Of a DNA stretch of 64,000 nucleotides, positions 62,597 to 64,000 are shown one piece after another. The notes under the pieces are model-generated. The model saw only the letters and a program-made list of their open reading frames with translations, did not search any database and was not told where the DNA came from. The stretch is from contig CDRNVI010000012.1 in the NCBI GenBank assembly GCA_977017575.1, positions 62,001 through 126,000 of the forward strand, written 5' to 3'. The DNA comes from Paramoeba atlantica. Its lineage: Eukaryota > Protista > Discosea. Made by a program: the position numbers and the translations under genes. How positions within the stretch are numbered: the stretch's first letter is position 1; every line of letters begins with the position of its first letter.

Positions 62597-64000
62597 TTAA
62601 ACACCGTAGAAGGAACGGAGCTGTCGAGTACCACATATCCGCGGCATTCCTCTGAGAGCAAGGAACCCAATGTATTTACAACAGTGTCTGGGATAAGCTG
62701 CCCTGTGTATGACCAAGGCGGGAGGCGTCTGTATTATTGGTTTCATATCTGAAGATTTCCTTGGAATACGTTCCGCCGGGCACTGAACTACTGTCTTCTT
62801 TTTCTTGGTCGCTCTCTGTTGATTTTTTGTAGATTCTGTTTTTAAAGTTCTTTTCTGAGGAATGTAAACTGTTTTATCGCCCTTGCGTTTCATCTCGTTT
62901 ACGAATTCTATCAAGTCTGGGTTGGGTCGGAGCTTTTCCAAGTAAGAAAAACTTCCTTCACACCTTTCCGGCAATAACCAAAGTAATTTTGCAGATTTTA
63001 CTCTCGACAATGCTACGTACACGGCTGAGTGTGTTAGCATGCTTTTGTGGTAGCTTGTTGGTCTTCAGTTGAGGTCAATACACAAATTATTGTTAATTGT
63101 GGCCCCTTGGACTTTGTGTATCGTGAATGAGAATCCGCAGCCAATTTCTAGTTCATCATCCAGGTCGCTTTTCTTAAATTCGGCTGACACTCTGCCGTCG
63201 ATTGTTGTTGCTGCTATTCCTACAATTGCAAAGGAAGTACAATCTAAAATTTCGCCAGCTCTTCCGTTTTCTTTTACGTATTTTGTTAAGCGTGCTTTTT
63301 CATTTTCATTTTCAACCAGCACCCCATCCTCCTCCATCAGGGTGCCGTTTATGAGCCTATTCTCCCTACTGAGATTGACAAGGCACATTGTCGGTTTTCC
63401 TGTTACAGAAAAGTATTGAGCCCCTTTAATAGAAACTTTTAAAACAGGAATTCCTTTTGTAAGGGCGAATTCTCTGCTCCTGAGTAATGACAGTATTTCA
63501 CGTTCTTGATTTGTACTCTCAAGCATAAACGCGTTATCCGGAATACTTTCCGTAACAAATTGGGCTCGTTGTAATAGATTTTTGAATGCAGTGGCGCATT
63601 TATCGGGATCTCGAAGATCTTTAAGCATTTCTTGATGCATTACATCTTCTTGCGAAGTACCTACTGCTCGATGTTGCTCTGTCAAATCGAAAAAGCAAAA
63701 GTCATTAATACCAATGGTTTTCGAGTGCGCGGAGGAAGAGGCTCCATATATCAGCGACGATCCTGATGTCCTAACAGGGGGTAGCTGATAAAAATCACCG
63801 ACCATTATGATGGAAAATCCGCCAAATTTTATTTCTTTGTTCGATATGCAACATAAGCGCTCATGAACTTGCCATAACATCTTCGTCGAAACGCACGACG
63901 CTTCGTCAATAACTATTGTGTCCACACCGGAAAACTTTTTTCGTAGTTTTGCCAGTCTTTCAACATTTAAATATGATGTGAATGTATTTTCCTTGCGTTT
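62597..64000 (-). pseudogene. PIF1: PIF1-family helicase, antisense to the cluster, one in-frame TGA at 63065-63067, open to the window end
   Basis: IVIDEAS, FGGFSIIMVGDFYQLPPV, LTEQHRA, NLSRENRLING, FTIHKVQGATI, then in the same frame YVALSRVKS. Confidence 0.8.

Noticed and set aside
63065-63067. TGA reassignment (alternative genetic code)
   Set aside because: TGA ends conserved genes at the expected positions (PFK-2, TAP42, NDPK), so one in-frame TGA is better read as a mutation or error
1-64000. tRNA or rRNA genes
   Set aside because: No convincing cloverleaf or rRNA signature found by eye; tRNAscan-SE and Infernal are needed to exclude them

Overview
Eukaryotic, intron-less, gene-dense DNA that looks like an early-branching kinetoplastid (Perkinsela/Bodo-like; inferred, not proven). 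About 28 host CDSs all lie on the + strand as one unidirectional, polycistronic-type cluster: PUS1, MPP10, PFK-2/FBPase-2, TAP42, PPAT, KKT10/CLK1-like kinase, RPC3, MAK16, PRMT1, a Tc38/RBP38-like protein, V-ATPase C, Pol beta, AP-4 epsilon, MCM7, uL13m, CARNMT1, NDPK, RNase Z and others. The intergenic gaps hold nested mobile DNA: two Merlin/IS1595 elements each interrupted by a Tc1-like element with DD32E spacing, pogo-like remnants, many TA-flanked MITEs, GAGGG-TIR elements with same-orientation decamer arrays (one carrying an intact orphan ORF with its own splice-acceptor-like tract), CRE-like non-LTR retrotransposon 3' ends, an antisense PIF1 helicase with an in-frame TGA, and two long foldback hairpins. 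The most striking unexplained signal is a series of about 0.7-1.3 kb GC-rich islands inside genes. In each, the + strand flips from C-rich to G-rich at synonymous sites and in flanking non-coding DNA, always in the same direction. Coordinates were read by eye and may be off by a few bases. Protein calls come from motif recognition only; no database search was run.
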